From: Candidatus Harrisonbacteria bacterium
GTDB lineage: Bacteria > Patescibacteriota > Minisyncoccia > UBA6257 > 02-FULL-45-10c
DNA: 64,000 nt
Assembly (NCBI GenBank): GCA_016214655.1
Contig: JACROC010000002.1
Span: forward strand, 67,801-131,800
Reading direction: 5' to 3'
Shown here: positions 16,870 through 27,055 of the stretch, in pieces
Layout: each line of letters starts with the position of its first letter
How positions within the stretch are numbered: position 1 is the stretch's first letter
Position numbers and translations under genes: made by a program
The notes under the pieces: model-generated
What the model was told of the DNA's origin: nothing
Seen by the model: only the letters and a program-made list of their open reading frames with translations
Database searches by the model: none

Positions 16870-18708
16870 TTACTTTTCGCCGTTCAGCGCAACTTTCTGA
16901 GCCTGCAGCTGAACGCGCATCTGGTCAGCCATCGTTTCAACATTCTTCTTGTACGATTCATCGCGATACCGCCTCTCAACCTCAAACTGCTGTTCCAGCG
17001 CAGTCATAATCAGTTCCGCGGTAAGCGGCTGATAGAGCTTTTTGACAAGCTCCGTCCGCTCATCCCAAGATCTAGTCCGGAATGCTGACGGATTAGTAAA
17101 CCACTCTTCTGGAATCTCAAAATCCGACGCTTGAGCAATGGCCACCTGAATGGCATTCTTTACCGGTCTGCCGGTAAATTTCGGATCTCTGGCACGAAGC
17201 TCGGCGCAAAGCTTTCCGATATTCTCCCAAGTACCACCTTTCTTTCCTTTATACATCTTCTGGATTTCCGGAGAAAACAGCGATGCAATCTTATCCGGAG
17301 CCGGCCTGGACATCGGAACGTATTCCCCTTGGGAAACTTCCAAAAGTCCGGTCTTCTTGAAATTCCGAAGCTCATGCGCGACAAGATCAGTGTAATCTTC
17401 CGTACTCTGCGGTCCCTGGATGATAGCGCGATAGACAAACCTCTGCCTGAGCGCATCATCAGTCGCCGTCGGCTTATTCGTCGCCGCCACCGCAATGTAG
17501 TTGCCAATGTAATTGGTGCCGGTACCGGCAAAAAAGTCCATCAAAGCTTTCATGATGTCCATATCCGCGCCGCTGGTTCCAGCCGTATCTCGATTGCCGG
17601 ACAAAAGAAGATCGATGTCATCAACAAAAAGCAAAGTCAGAGTCGCCGGATCCTTAACCACTTCTAGTAACTGAGCAATCAGCTGGGCGGTTTTTCCATA
17701 CCACTCGCTCTTAATCTGATCGGCACTAATGGACTTGAAATTATACGGTGTCGCCATCTGCTCGGCACGCATCGCCAAATGAGTCATCATCATCCGCTGG
17801 CGGATAGTCTTACCGGTACCAGGAGGGCCGTCAACTAAAATTGATTCAATCAGTCCGCCGAAATCCGAAATCGGATTTTTCTGTAACATTGGATCATAGA
17901 GTGCCAACCGGTCGCACAATCTCCGCATCATAATTGTGACATCAGGATCACCGACAACTTCATTCGGCTGAACCGGCGCCCAGCTCATGATTTGGATTTC
18001 CTTACGATCATCAACCTTCAATCCAGTGACCGCAAAACTTCCAAGATGGAAAGTAGTGTGGTTTACCGGAGCCAGCAATTCCGCCGGAGTTTCGTTCACC
18101 GCGGCTACCGCTTTTACGGAAACCGCTTTCCAATAATCCCTGGTAACCGCCAAAAGATCTCCAGTATTTTGAATCAAAGATACGCCGCCGGTCGTTGTGA
18201 CCCTCAAGGCATCGGTGTAATAAGAAAGTGCCCAGGTCAGGTCAATGGAAACTCCTTTGCCGACCACTAATTCGCAATTGTTGGTATCCAGCTGTGCCAC
18301 TTGAGGATTATTCTTTTTCCGAAGCTCTTTTTCGCAGCGGGCCACGATATAGCTCGCCATCACAAAAAAAGAATAGGCGCTGATAAACTTAGCTTTCGTC
18401 TGAATAGCTGGAGTTATGGGAATTCCCTGATTTTTCGCTTCCTCCACAGCTCTGCGCTGTCCGGTGCGATCCATTAAGAGATCAAAGAAATAGAGATAAA
18501 GACAAGTTGCCTGGCGAAGAATGTAAACCAACGCCAGCTCTTCCGGAAGCGTCCGGTATGTCTCTTTAGGAGACAACTGCCTGAAAACATCTTCAATATC
18601 ATCCTTGCCCTTCACGCTCTTTAAATGCTTTTCTGCGATTGAAGTCCATTTCTCCAGATCCGCGTCAGTGATCGGGTGCGACTGTTTGGTCGTCGGCACT
18701 TCAGCCAC
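16870..18708 (-). CDS. AAA-family ATPase with a large N-terminal domain of unknown function
   Basis: Walker A 'GPPGTGKT', Walker B 'LLFVDDID', sensor 'ATNKP', Arg finger 'RQRF'. GC-rich. Confidence 0.7.
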   Translation of the reverse strand: MAEVPTTKQSHPITDADLEKWTSIAEKHLKSVKGKDDIEDVFRQLSPKETYRTLPEELALVYILRQATCLYLYFFDLLMDRTGQRRAVEEAKNQGIPITPAIQTKAKFISAYSFFVMASYIVARCEKELRKKNNPQVAQLDTNNCELVVGKGVSIDLTWALSYYTDALRVTTTGGVSLIQNTGDLLAVTRDYWKAVSVKAVAAVNETPAELLAPVNHTTFHLGSFAVTGLKVDDRKEIQIMSWAPVQPNEVVGDPDVTIMMRRLCDRLALYDPMLQKNPISDFGGLIESILVDGPPGTGKTIRQRMMMTHLAMRAEQMATPYNFKSISADQIKSEWYGKTAQLIAQLLEVVKDPATLTLLFVDDIDLLLSGNRDTAGTSGADMDIMKALMDFFAGTGTNYIGNYIAVAATNKPTATDDALRQRFVYRAIIQGPQSTEDYTDLVAHELRNFKKTGLLEVSQGEYVPMSRPAPDKIASLFSPEIQKMYKGKKGGTWENIGKLCAELRARDPKFTGRPVKNAIQVAIAQASDFEIPEEWFTNPSAFRTRSWDERTELVKKLYQPLTAELIMTALEQQFEVERRYRDESYKKNVETMADQMRVQLQAQKVALNGEK

Positions 18709-18779
18709 CTCCTCTTTGCACGGCCTTTCTAAAAAAGAGGGGGGATTTTACTCCCCCCGTCCGGCAGATATCGGACAAA

Positions 18780-19379
18780 TTAATGCCCCCGGAGGTGATC
18801 ATCCAGCCTTCGAAGACGCTCTGTCTTATCCGCCTGACTTTTGGCATCGGCTTCCTTGCGCCGATTCTCCAAACCCTGGCGGACGCCGTTCACCAGCGAA
18901 CCGACTCCATCAGCCAAACCCTTCACGATATTCTTCAGCCAAGTGGAATCATCCACGGGCGGAGTCTCTTGCTCCACCGGTGCTGGCGGCTGCTGAGAAA
19001 CCACTGGCGGAACGTTCTCTGGCAAAGCCGGAGGCGTTCCCGAAGATTCTGGACGCCAATCGCTTTGCGGCTCCACCAGCATCATCGCCAAGCGGTCAAC
19101 CAAGAAAAGGCCGAGAGTCAGTCCGACCGCCTGAAATGGCGAAAGCGCCAGCTCGGCGTAAAGCCGGGCTCCGACTCCCCAATGAAAACTGGTCGCCACC
19201 TCGAAAACCAGGGCAACAAGATAATAACCGATCCAGTGCATCTTGGTGCCGAGGATCAGCGGACCGAAACGCAAAAGCGTTCTCCGCTTGCCGTAATAAT
19301 AGCAGACGGTCACCGTCAAAACTGCCAAAGTCACGCCAATAAAAAAGTGCGTCATTACTTCCTGCAGGAACATCGCCAC
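18780..19379 (-). CDS. Hypothetical membrane protein with a Pro-rich C-terminal tail
   Basis: TM helices; RBS aaggaggtggcgATG; GC-rich. Confidence 0.55.
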   Translation of the reverse strand: MAMFLQEVMTHFFIGVTLAVLTVTVCYYYGKRRTLLRFGPLILGTKMHWIGYYLVALVFEVATSFHWGVGARLYAELALSPFQAVGLTLGLFLVDRLAMMLVEPQSDWRPESSGTPPALPENVPPVVSQQPPAPVEQETPPVDDSTWLKNIVKGLADGVGSLVNGVRQGLENRRKEADAKSQADKTERLRRLDDHLRGH

Positions 19380-19462
19380 CTCCTTGCAGCTGAACAGCTG
19401 TTGTCATTCATGTTGTGTAGAACTGACTATATGATAGTACAAAAAAATAAACTTGTCAATAT

Positions 19463-19500
19463 AGCATACTTGACAAAATAGTTTCAGAAATGTTAGTATA
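19463..19500. promoter_or_regulatory. Divergent promoter region with an inverted TTGACAA repeat
   Basis: cttgtcaa-N10-ttgacaa. TTGACA-18-TAGTAT on the plus strand for the 19580 gene. The reverse TTGACA-17-TATCAT serves the 19379 gene. Confidence 0.45.
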
Positions 19501-19579
19501 TCTTCAGCACTAAACAACACGAAGACAACGACGTTTAGTATTAGCTAAGCCGCAGTTTCACACTGCGGCAGGAGGCAAA

Positions 19580-20749
19580 ATGGGAAAGACAACGGACACG
19601 CTTCTAGATGGACTGAAAGAGAGGCGCGGCCAATTAGGGAAGCTTCAGACTGGCGTCACTACAATCACTGGCCTGGACGAATTGGATGTTACTAAAGAAG
19701 GCGGGGCCAAGACTACTGCGCAGGTTCTAAAAGGGGCTAGCAGCAAGCTAGCCGAGGCCAAGGTCTTTGGCGACCGTATGGAGCAGGAGCTCCGCGATCT
19801 CTGTATGGGGCTTGAGACCAAGCTTGAGGAAATCGGATATTCAGTTTCCGATTCTTACCGCTTCCGTGGCACAGAAAAGGTTTGGGCGTTTTTCGGTGGC
19901 CTAGGACTAAAGTCCTGCACTGATCGCGCTCAACGCCTCCGCCTGCATCGGCTCCAGACTCAGGATGTCCAAGAGAGCGTTAAGGAAGTCAATGATCTGG
20001 TGGAAAAGACTATCCGCGAACTTGGAGAGATCGAAAAGCAGTATCTCGCCGATATCGGTGATGTGAAAGCCGGCACTGGCTACAACGCCACTCTGCGTTT
20101 GGTCATCGAAAAGCTAAAGGAGGCTCAGCCAAAATTCCGCGAAGTCAAAGAACGACGGGAGAAGTTTGAAACCGAACTGAAGACCCTTCAGATGGAACTT
20201 GAGTCCGGAACTGTTTCCGAAAGCGAGCGTCCGGCCAAAGAAGACGAACTGGAGGAACTCCGAAAGAACCATCAGAAGGCTTATCTCCTTGAAACCGAAT
20301 TACATGAGGTTATCCAGAACGCCCAACGGGCAATTCCGGAGATTCAGAAGAACCGCGATGCTGCACAGCAAGCAGTCCAGTCTCTACGACAGATGCGCCG
20401 AGGCCTCCTCGAGAAGATGGAGAACTTCCGCATCGTGCTGGAAACGGCGATGACTGCGGTCCGGGCTCGCGCGAAACTCGAGCGTTACGAGAACGTTGAT
20501 CCAGCCCTGAACAAGACCATTACACTGCTCAGCGAGCATAACGTGAAGGTGGCGGCCGCAGCGATGGAGATTGCCATCGAACGAGCCAAACATGCGGCCA
20601 TCAATCCGGAAGATTCCGCCAGATTACTCAATGAACTCACCGAAAGCATCAATACCTACGCTACCGAACTAGCCGCACTGGAAGAGGACGCCAAGCAAGG
20701 CGCCAGGAAGAAACGAGGCACTTCGCAAGCTAACGGAGACGGCAACTAA
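19580..20749 (+). CDS. Coiled-coil protein (possibly TelA-like), GC-rich
   Basis: All-helical, charged heptad-like sequence with no TM segment. RBS ggcaggaggcaaaATG. Confidence 0.5.
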   Translation: MGKTTDTLLDGLKERRGQLGKLQTGVTTITGLDELDVTKEGGAKTTAQVLKGASSKLAEAKVFGDRMEQELRDLCMGLETKLEEIGYSVSDSYRFRGTEKVWAFFGGLGLKSCTDRAQRLRLHRLQTQDVQESVKEVNDLVEKTIRELGEIEKQYLADIGDVKAGTGYNATLRLVIEKLKEAQPKFREVKERREKFETELKTLQMELESGTVSESERPAKEDELEELRKNHQKAYLLETELHEVIQNAQRAIPEIQKNRDAAQQAVQSLRQMRRGLLEKMENFRIVLETAMTAVRARAKLERYENVDPALNKTITLLSEHNVKVAAAAMEIAIERAKHAAINPEDSARLLNELTESINTYATELAALEEDAKQGARKKRGTSQANGDGN

Positions 20750-20758
20750 AATTATCAA

Positions 20759-20790
20759 GCCGCACCAACGGGGTGCGGCTTTACTTTTTA
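20759..20790 (+). terminator. Rho-independent terminator
   Basis: gccgcacc-aacg-gggtgcggc, followed by a T-rich tract. Confidence 0.6.
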
Positions 20791-20802
20791 AAATTTTCTA
20801 CT

Positions 20803-20836
20803 AAAAAAGCTCTCTTTCGAGAGCTTTCTAATTTTT
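20803..20836. terminator. Bidirectional terminator hairpin (agctctc-tttc-gagagct); right copy of the ~50-bp direct repeat
   Basis: Near-identical core to 16824..16856. Confidence 0.6.
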
Positions 20837-20851
20837 ATAAAGAACAAATAA

Positions 20852-22888
20852 TCACCAGCTGCCGGAGGCGCCGCCTCCGCCAAAACTTCCGCCACCAAAT
20901 CCTCCGAAACTGGAACCGCCACCACTAGATCCACTACTTGAACCGCCGCTAGAGCCAAAACTCGAACCGGATGACCAACTGGAACCGGACGAATATCCGG
21001 AAGAATAACTGCTTTCTCTTGCTCGCTCCTCTTCTTCCTCTTCCTCGCGTTGGCGTCGCGCTTCTTCCGCTCTGCGTCGACGAGCTGCATCTTTATCTGA
21101 CTCTGCTCTTTTAACAACATCTGCAATTAAAGATTCAAGCCCAAGTAAAACCGGATAGACAACAACCCAATCAATTGGAGTACGTTCAGTCATCTTCTGG
21201 ACCTTCTGGTATTCCTTTTTTACATCCCCAACCATAGATTTGGTATTTCGGGTTACGTCATTATGCGAAACAATCCTCTCTAACCGAGTAATGCTTTCAG
21301 GATAGTTTCTGATTAACTTCGGGCCCTCTCTGCGAGCTTCAGCCGCATAAGCGATTTCTTTCTCGCCAGCGTCGTTTACACTATTCATAAATCTCTCGGC
21401 GGCAATCAGAGCTGCTAAAGCTGTAACCCAGTTTAAGCCATTCCCCATCTCATTTTGGCAAGCAGACCTTGCCCGTTCATAGTCCTGCTCACCTTCCCCA
21501 GCCTTCTTCCGAGTCATATCAGAAACATCCTCGTGATCAACTGTCTTTTGCATCGCATCCAAAACATCCGGAAGGCTCTTCAATAACGCCCTGCCTTTTA
21601 CCGCAGAGGCAATTTCTTTTTCAGCCGCTTCCGTAATGTTACGCAAGGCAACCTCAACTGCGACTAATGCCGTCGCGGCCTTCAACCAATTCAGCTTGTT
21701 GACAGATTCATTTTGACAACGAAACCGCGTTTTTTCATAATCTGCTTCTGATTTCTTAAGTAACTCACGAGTCTCGGATGAAACATCTTGATGGTTAAGT
21801 TTATTACGAAGCGCTCCAGCTTGGCGCGGCAAATCTTCTAATAGATGTTGCGCGTCTTTCTGGGCCTTACGAACTTTCGCTACATCGCTTTTCACTGACC
21901 CCAAAAGCTTAATCGCAGCATGTAAATCAGCGGAAACCCCCTCAACTTTAGTCTTAATAGTATCAGCATCTTCATAACTGCCATTGGAATGTTCAGACTT
22001 GATTTTATCTCCGCGCTTTTGAAAAGCCATCAAACTATCATGCACACCGGCGATTCTTTGAACTAACGGGTCCCAAACCTCTTGCGGGTGCTCTGACTTA
22101 AATGCACCAAGTAAAACTTCTGTCTCCGACTGATCTGATCTCAAACGTTCGATTTCACTTTCACATTTTTCCAAAAGCTTAACATTTTTCTGATACTGCT
22201 CCTTTAACCGCCTCTGGCGGCGATATCGGGCGATAGCTATAAACCCAACCAGCAAAACTCCGGCCAGTACGGTAACCACAATAAAAGTGTACTTTACAAC
22301 AAAAGCACGGTGCTCTTGGGCCAGCCTTTCCTCGCGGAGCCTTTTAGCTTCGGTAGCGGCCAGCTCTTCCTCGCGGACAGCCATCGGCTTATTGCCAAGC
22401 TCGCGGATCATAGCCCCAACTCCAGCGGTGATTCCCTCAGACATCTTCCCTTGCTTGAAGCGAGGAACCAATTCATCATTAATAATCCTTGCAGACAAAG
22501 CATCTGGCAGCCATTCTTCCATTCCATAACCGGTATGGATGCGCATACGCCGCTCATTCGGCGCAATTAATAACAATAATCCAGTATTCTTCATTGCACT
22601 GTGTTTCCAGGCCTTGCCAATTCCCCAGCCAGGCAAAGAAACCAATTCCTGCGCAAACTCTTCTACCTCCAATCCCTGAAGAGAACCGACTGTGACGACT
22701 GCTATCTCAATAGCAGTCTGCTTTTCATAATCGCTAAGCCGCTTTTCTAAATCCTTTTCAGCGGATTCCGGAATAACATTGGCAAAATCATTGACATAAC
22801 CTGCCGGCTTAGGCACATCGATTGACAAAGCCGAAACAAAATTAACAAAACCGATTAAAGCACCTGCTGCTAGCGCAACCCGCTTCAT
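20852..22888 (-). CDS. TPM-domain protein (YgcG-like) with TM helix, long coiled coil and a Gly/Ser-rich C-terminus
   Basis: TPM domain 'YVNDFANVIP...IEIAVVTV'. C-terminal GSSGGSSSGSSGGGSSFGGFGGGSFGGGGASGSW. Confidence 0.75.
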   Translation of the reverse strand: MKRVALAAGALIGFVNFVSALSIDVPKPAGYVNDFANVIPESAEKDLEKRLSDYEKQTAIEIAVVTVGSLQGLEVEEFAQELVSLPGWGIGKAWKHSAMKNTGLLLLIAPNERRMRIHTGYGMEEWLPDALSARIINDELVPRFKQGKMSEGITAGVGAMIRELGNKPMAVREEELAATEAKRLREERLAQEHRAFVVKYTFIVVTVLAGVLLVGFIAIARYRRQRRLKEQYQKNVKLLEKCESEIERLRSDQSETEVLLGAFKSEHPQEVWDPLVQRIAGVHDSLMAFQKRGDKIKSEHSNGSYEDADTIKTKVEGVSADLHAAIKLLGSVKSDVAKVRKAQKDAQHLLEDLPRQAGALRNKLNHQDVSSETRELLKKSEADYEKTRFRCQNESVNKLNWLKAATALVAVEVALRNITEAAEKEIASAVKGRALLKSLPDVLDAMQKTVDHEDVSDMTRKKAGEGEQDYERARSACQNEMGNGLNWVTALAALIAAERFMNSVNDAGEKEIAYAAEARREGPKLIRNYPESITRLERIVSHNDVTRNTKSMVGDVKKEYQKVQKMTERTPIDWVVVYPVLLGLESLIADVVKRAESDKDAARRRRAEEARRQREEEEEEERARESSYSSGYSSGSSWSSGSSFGSSGGSSSGSSGGGSSFGGFGGGSFGGGGASGSW

Positions 22889-23370
22889 TGGCCGCCCCCA
22901 AGAATCACATCGTCCGGGAGCTCGTTTATATCATCTGATTTTCTCGGAAAATGCTCCGCGAGCTCATGGCCAACACGGTTCACGGCTAAAAGCACGCCTT
23001 CGGCAAATAAACCATCTCGGAAATACTGTGCCATGTCGGCTGATAACTTCTGCCACTCCTCGGGAACAATCTTGGCATTAATTCCTTCATCTGCCACGAT
23101 TTCGAACTTCCGCTCTCTCAGCGCTAAAAGAATAAGTACGCCAGTCTTATCGCGAGTATTCTGCATGCCGGCTCTTTCAAACTCCATTAAAGCCTGAATC
23201 CGGGAATCCAGATAGTCGCACTTTTGAAGAACCACTACCCGGATCTCTCCGGAAGTTTTCTTTTCCGCTTCGCCAACAGCTTCCTTAATCCGTGCCAATG
23301 CCTCTTCAGAAAAAAAGTCAGACGGTTTGTCTGACTCTAATCTTAAAAGACGCCGCAAAGAATTAAGCAT
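22885..23370 (-). CDS. TPM-domain protein
   Basis: 'EIRVVVLQKCD' TPM-like. Operon partner of LemA. Confidence 0.6.
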   Translation of the reverse strand: MLNSLRRLLRLESDKPSDFFSEEALARIKEAVGEAEKKTSGEIRVVVLQKCDYLDSRIQALMEFERAGMQNTRDKTGVLILLALRERKFEIVADEGINAKIVPEEWQKLSADMAQYFRDGLFAEGVLLAVNRVGHELAEHFPRKSDDINELPDDVILGGGQ

Positions 23371-23981
23371 TATAAATCAACCTTCGGAGCCTTCTTCGCT
23401 TCCTCGTCCATCTTGAAATAAGGCTTCACTTTAAATCCAAAAACAAATCCGACAGCATTGGCTGGAAACTGCTTCCGGAAGGTATTATATTCCTGAGCGC
23501 TATCGTTGTAATTCTTTCTCTCCACCGCAATTCGATTCTCAGTTCCCTCAAGCTGAACCATCAGGCTCTCAATTTGGGTATTGGCCTTAAGTTCCGGATA
23601 CTTCTCCATAACCACCATCAAGCGAGAAAGCGCGCTAGAAAGCTGGCCCTGAACCTCCTGAAACTTAGCAAGATTTTCCGGAGTCAGATCTCCAGCGTTA
23701 AGATCAAGCTTCACCTTACCAGCATCGGACCGCGCCTTAGCAACATCCTCAAAAGTACCGTGCTCGTGTTTCATGTAGCCCTTTATAGCATTCACTAAAT
23801 TCGGAATAAGGTCGTAGCGGCGCTGATATACGTTCTCAACCTGAGACCACTTGGCATCAACATTTTGATCAAGTGTAGCATACTTATTAAAAGTAACCAC
23901 AATCGATGGCGCCATCACGACGCCAACTCCGGCTATAACAAGTAACATCGCAACAACGACTCCTGCTACCAGCTTCTTCAC
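23370..23981 (-). CDS. lemA: LemA family protein
   Basis: N-terminal TM helix. 'QVENVYQRRYDLIPNLVN' and 'NYNDSAQEYNTFRKQFPANAVG' are LemA signatures. Confidence 0.8.
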   Translation of the reverse strand: MKKLVAGVVVAMLLVIAGVGVVMAPSIVVTFNKYATLDQNVDAKWSQVENVYQRRYDLIPNLVNAIKGYMKHEHGTFEDVAKARSDAGKVKLDLNAGDLTPENLAKFQEVQGQLSSALSRLMVVMEKYPELKANTQIESLMVQLEGTENRIAVERKNYNDSAQEYNTFRKQFPANAVGFVFGFKVKPYFKMDEEAKKAPKVDL

Positions 23982-24125
23982 TCAGCACCTCCTGATTACT
24001 GCTTTTTCTTGATGTCATTCTTTCCCCGGCTAAAAAACCGAGGTCCCGATTGTTGTTTTCGGGATTCCTTATCAAGGTACGTCAGTAGAAATAATAACAT
24101 GAAACTTGCATACTTGTCAAAATCA

Positions 24126-24153
24126 AAAATCCCCGTATTAACGGGGATTTTTG
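24126..24153. terminator. Bidirectional terminator hairpin
   Basis: aaaatccccgt-atta-acggggatttt. Confidence 0.6.
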
Positions 24154-24167
24154 GAAAGCATCTATAA

Positions 24168-25046
24168 CTAGAAAGCTAAATCTCCGCAAGCAACATAAAC
24201 CCCCGCCTCGGCTGCGGATTTATGGACATTTAAAACCAACGGCAATTGCGCCCTCAGCTGATCAAAGGATATGTCCAGAGTGGTTTCTGATTTTCCGTTA
24301 ACCGGAAAAGTTAACGGCCATTTTACTCCGCCAATCGAAGCACAGGCGCCAGAATGAATATGTGCCGGCTGAGTAACGCCTTTCGGCGCCCCTTCCAATC
24401 TTAATTTAACTTCTGTCTTACCGCCTCTCTCGCTTAAAACCGCAGTTCCGGATTCCCCGGAATTATTCTGAACCGATAATGACACAACTATTGTTTTGAC
24501 AACCTCTCCCCGGCCAAGCGCCTTTTGAGAAGCTTCTAGCGCCCGTTCCAATCCTTCCTTGGCCTGTTCCGGGACTTTTGCCAGATTTTCTTGGAGAACT
24601 TCCAATTGTTTTTTAGTGGTTGAAGCCGCTTCTTCGGCCAATTTCTTGATATCCTGGCCTTTATCTTTTAGTTCTTCCGCCTTCTTCAAAGCTCTGCCTA
24701 ATTGATCTTCGTATTTTTGAAGCGTTCTTTCGGCAATTTCGGTTTTGCCTTTTTCCACCATCCTTTGATATTCCGCCAATCTCACTCCGGCTAAATGAAG
24801 GTATTGCTTGGCCTTATTTTCGGCTCCAAAAGTGAAAAAAAGCTGAATCTGCTCCTTCCAGGACTTCAAGAAATATAAAGGGCTGTCCGGAGTCAATCCG
24901 GCCTCCGGAAGACTAAACTTATCTACGCCTGCCATAGCGCTTTTTTCTTCTTGGCCATGCGACAAACTCATGCCCAGACTAAAAACCAACAAACTAACCG
25001 CTAAATAGAACAGTATTTTTCTATTAATAGAAATAGATAATTGCAT
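24168..25046 (-). CDS. Secreted protein with an N-terminal DUF5667-like region and a CHRD-like C-terminal domain
   Basis: Signal peptide present. 'QPAHIHSGACASIGGV' resembles the CHRD AHIH.G motif. Confidence 0.5.
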   Translation of the reverse strand: MQLSISINRKILFYLAVSLLVFSLGMSLSHGQEEKSAMAGVDKFSLPEAGLTPDSPLYFLKSWKEQIQLFFTFGAENKAKQYLHLAGVRLAEYQRMVEKGKTEIAERTLQKYEDQLGRALKKAEELKDKGQDIKKLAEEAASTTKKQLEVLQENLAKVPEQAKEGLERALEASQKALGRGEVVKTIVVSLSVQNNSGESGTAVLSERGGKTEVKLRLEGAPKGVTQPAHIHSGACASIGGVKWPLTFPVNGKSETTLDISFDQLRAQLPLVLNVHKSAAEAGVYVACGDLAF

Positions 25047-25084
25047 ATTTTATATTTTAATTATTATAAATTCATTATAGCATA

Positions 25085-26257
25085 TTATAAATCCAGCAGG
25101 GATTTTATATTTTCAAAAATATCGTAAGAAGTCAGAATATACGCCTCGTCCCATTTAGATTCAGTCTTATCGCCGCTGGCGCCGTGAGTGACTATCCCGA
25201 TTAAATTACCTTTATAAAATGCCGGGCCGCCGGAAAACCCTCCCCTAAAATACGGAGTGATTACGCCAAGTTCGGTGTCTTTCCAAAAATCCGGCTCGTA
25301 ATAATAAGGGTTGCGCTTAATAGAATATCTTAAGCCGCACGGCTTAATAGAACCGTCGCAAACCGATTCCCGATAATAAGTTATTTCTACAAACTGGCTG
25401 TCAAATCTTTCCAATTTTTGAGGGCTAGCGCTCTCTCTTCCCGGATAACCAATAATAGTAATCAAATCTCCGCCTTTTAAAACAACCGGCTTAGGCAGCA
25501 ATTTGAACGCAGGCAATCCGCTTGCGCCTTCAATCTTCAAAATGGCGTAATCAAAACCGGCGCTATCGCGATAATCTTCATCTGTGGGCTTAAAAATTAT
25601 TTTAACCGGCTTAAAACGAGAGTCGCTTTGTTGTCCCCAAAAGCCAATAGAAGAAATTGGGGTCCGATCTTTGTCAGTTTGCGCAGCATCGCATCCCTGA
25701 AGAGTCCAGATTCTTCCGGCCGGATCGTTCAGTATTTCTGCGCGCACTTCTAAAATATGCCTGGCAGTCAAAATGTGGCCATCAGGCGTGATAATAACTC
25801 CGGTTCCGACATTATATTCCTGCTCGCCCCACGGCTGGCGCGAATCCTTAAAATACTGGGTCTGAAATGAACAACGGGTCAAAACAATACTGCGGACGTC
25901 GATGCTTTTTTCGCTTAAAGATTCCGGAACGATCAAAGGGGCCGGAGTCGCCGTACTCACCCGGACCAAAGGCAAAGCCGGCTTAGAATCAGTTGGCAGA
26001 ATAATCTTCGTGAGCAGCGGCTTACTCAATGGCTTAGTCGCAGTTGCCGCTTGATTATGCGGGATTGTTGTCGTTGAAACCGATACCGGAATCGCAATCA
26101 ACGCTTCAGCAGTAGTAGTGCCGACCTCCGTAACCGGGGCAGTAGACGTAGAAAATTCCGCAGGCCGAAAAGTATTATTTCTGAAATATAGGCCAACAAT
26201 AGCCAGAGTTGATGCAATAATAAACGATACGGTCAATTTAAATAAAGAACCCATCAT
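25085..26257 (-). CDS. Membrane-anchored trypsin-like serine peptidase (S1 family)
   Basis: His motif 'GHILTARHIL' and Ser motif 'GFSGGPAF'. N-terminal TM helix. Confidence 0.65.
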   Translation of the reverse strand: MMGSLFKLTVSFIIASTLAIVGLYFRNNTFRPAEFSTSTAPVTEVGTTTAEALIAIPVSVSTTTIPHNQAATATKPLSKPLLTKIILPTDSKPALPLVRVSTATPAPLIVPESLSEKSIDVRSIVLTRCSFQTQYFKDSRQPWGEQEYNVGTGVIITPDGHILTARHILEVRAEILNDPAGRIWTLQGCDAAQTDKDRTPISSIGFWGQQSDSRFKPVKIIFKPTDEDYRDSAGFDYAILKIEGASGLPAFKLLPKPVVLKGGDLITIIGYPGRESASPQKLERFDSQFVEITYYRESVCDGSIKPCGLRYSIKRNPYYYEPDFWKDTELGVITPYFRGGFSGGPAFYKGNLIGIVTHGASGDKTESKWDEAYILTSYDIFENIKSLLDL

Positions 26258-27051
26258 AAAACCATTTTAAATTCATTAGAAACTTGCGCTTCTAAAAATA
26301 AGAATAAAGGAAACTCTGATCTAGCTCGGTTTTCGGCTGCTGCCCGCGGCCCCGGCTCACTTTTTTTATTGGAAACCCACTCTTCAAGCCGGCAAACTGA
26401 AAAATTATTTTTATTCAAAGCCTTAAAATAAAACTGCAGCGGGCGGTGAAAAGATAGCGTATATTCATTTGCCTGCTCGCCCGGATGCATTTGAATTTTA
26501 ACTTTTGATTCCGATAAGTAACTATCAATTCTCCGGAATTGAATTTTATTCTCTGCGTCCCAGCCCCAGCTGCTCTCCTTCGGATTCCGGAAAGCCGGGT
26601 GGTTCATTACCAAAAATATTTTTCCTCCCGACTTCAACACGCGGGCGCACTCTTTAAAAACACCGTTAACATTTTCCATATTTTGGATTGCCAAAACCAG
26701 CGTAATCTTATCCGCAGATTTACCGGAAAGAAAATCCAAATCGTCTGCCGGCGCAACACGGAACTGAAGCCCGGCTTTATCTTTGCCGCTGATTCCCTTA
26801 TTTGCCAAATCAATCAGCTCTTTTGCAATATCCGCGCCAATTACTTTAGCGCCTTTTTTCGAAAATTCTTTGGCAAAGAATCCCTGCCCGCATGCAAGAT
26901 CCAAAATCACTTCTCCTTTTTTAATATCCAAAAGCCGCAGCAAATTCGGCAGAATAACATTTTTTTGATATATCCCCTCTCCGCCTAATAAATTTTCATA
27001 CCAATCTGCCACACCTCCCCAAGAAGTATTTTTCTTGTTCATCCCACGCAT
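26254..27051 (-). CDS. Class I SAM-dependent methyltransferase
   Basis: 'VILDLACGQGFFAKEF'. Confidence 0.7.
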   Translation of the reverse strand: MRGMNKKNTSWGGVADWYENLLGGEGIYQKNVILPNLLRLLDIKKGEVILDLACGQGFFAKEFSKKGAKVIGADIAKELIDLANKGISGKDKAGLQFRVAPADDLDFLSGKSADKITLVLAIQNMENVNGVFKECARVLKSGGKIFLVMNHPAFRNPKESSWGWDAENKIQFRRIDSYLSESKVKIQMHPGEQANEYTLSFHRPLQFYFKALNKNNFSVCRLEEWVSNKKSEPGPRAAAENRARSEFPLFLFLEAQVSNEFKMVL

Positions 27052-27055
27052 AAAA

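Noticed and set aside
18605-19481. Long overlapping ORFs on both strands (18605..19342 +, 18783..19481 +, 19096..19407 -) in the GC-rich region
   Set aside because: They are artefacts of high GC giving long stop-free frames. Only the minus-strand ORF 18780..19379 has an AAGGAGG RBS and clear TM helices.
20788-21126. ORF 20788..21126 (-), 112 aa
   Set aside because: It is out of frame inside the 3' end of the TPM-domain gene, whose Gly/Ser-rich tail explains the open frame.
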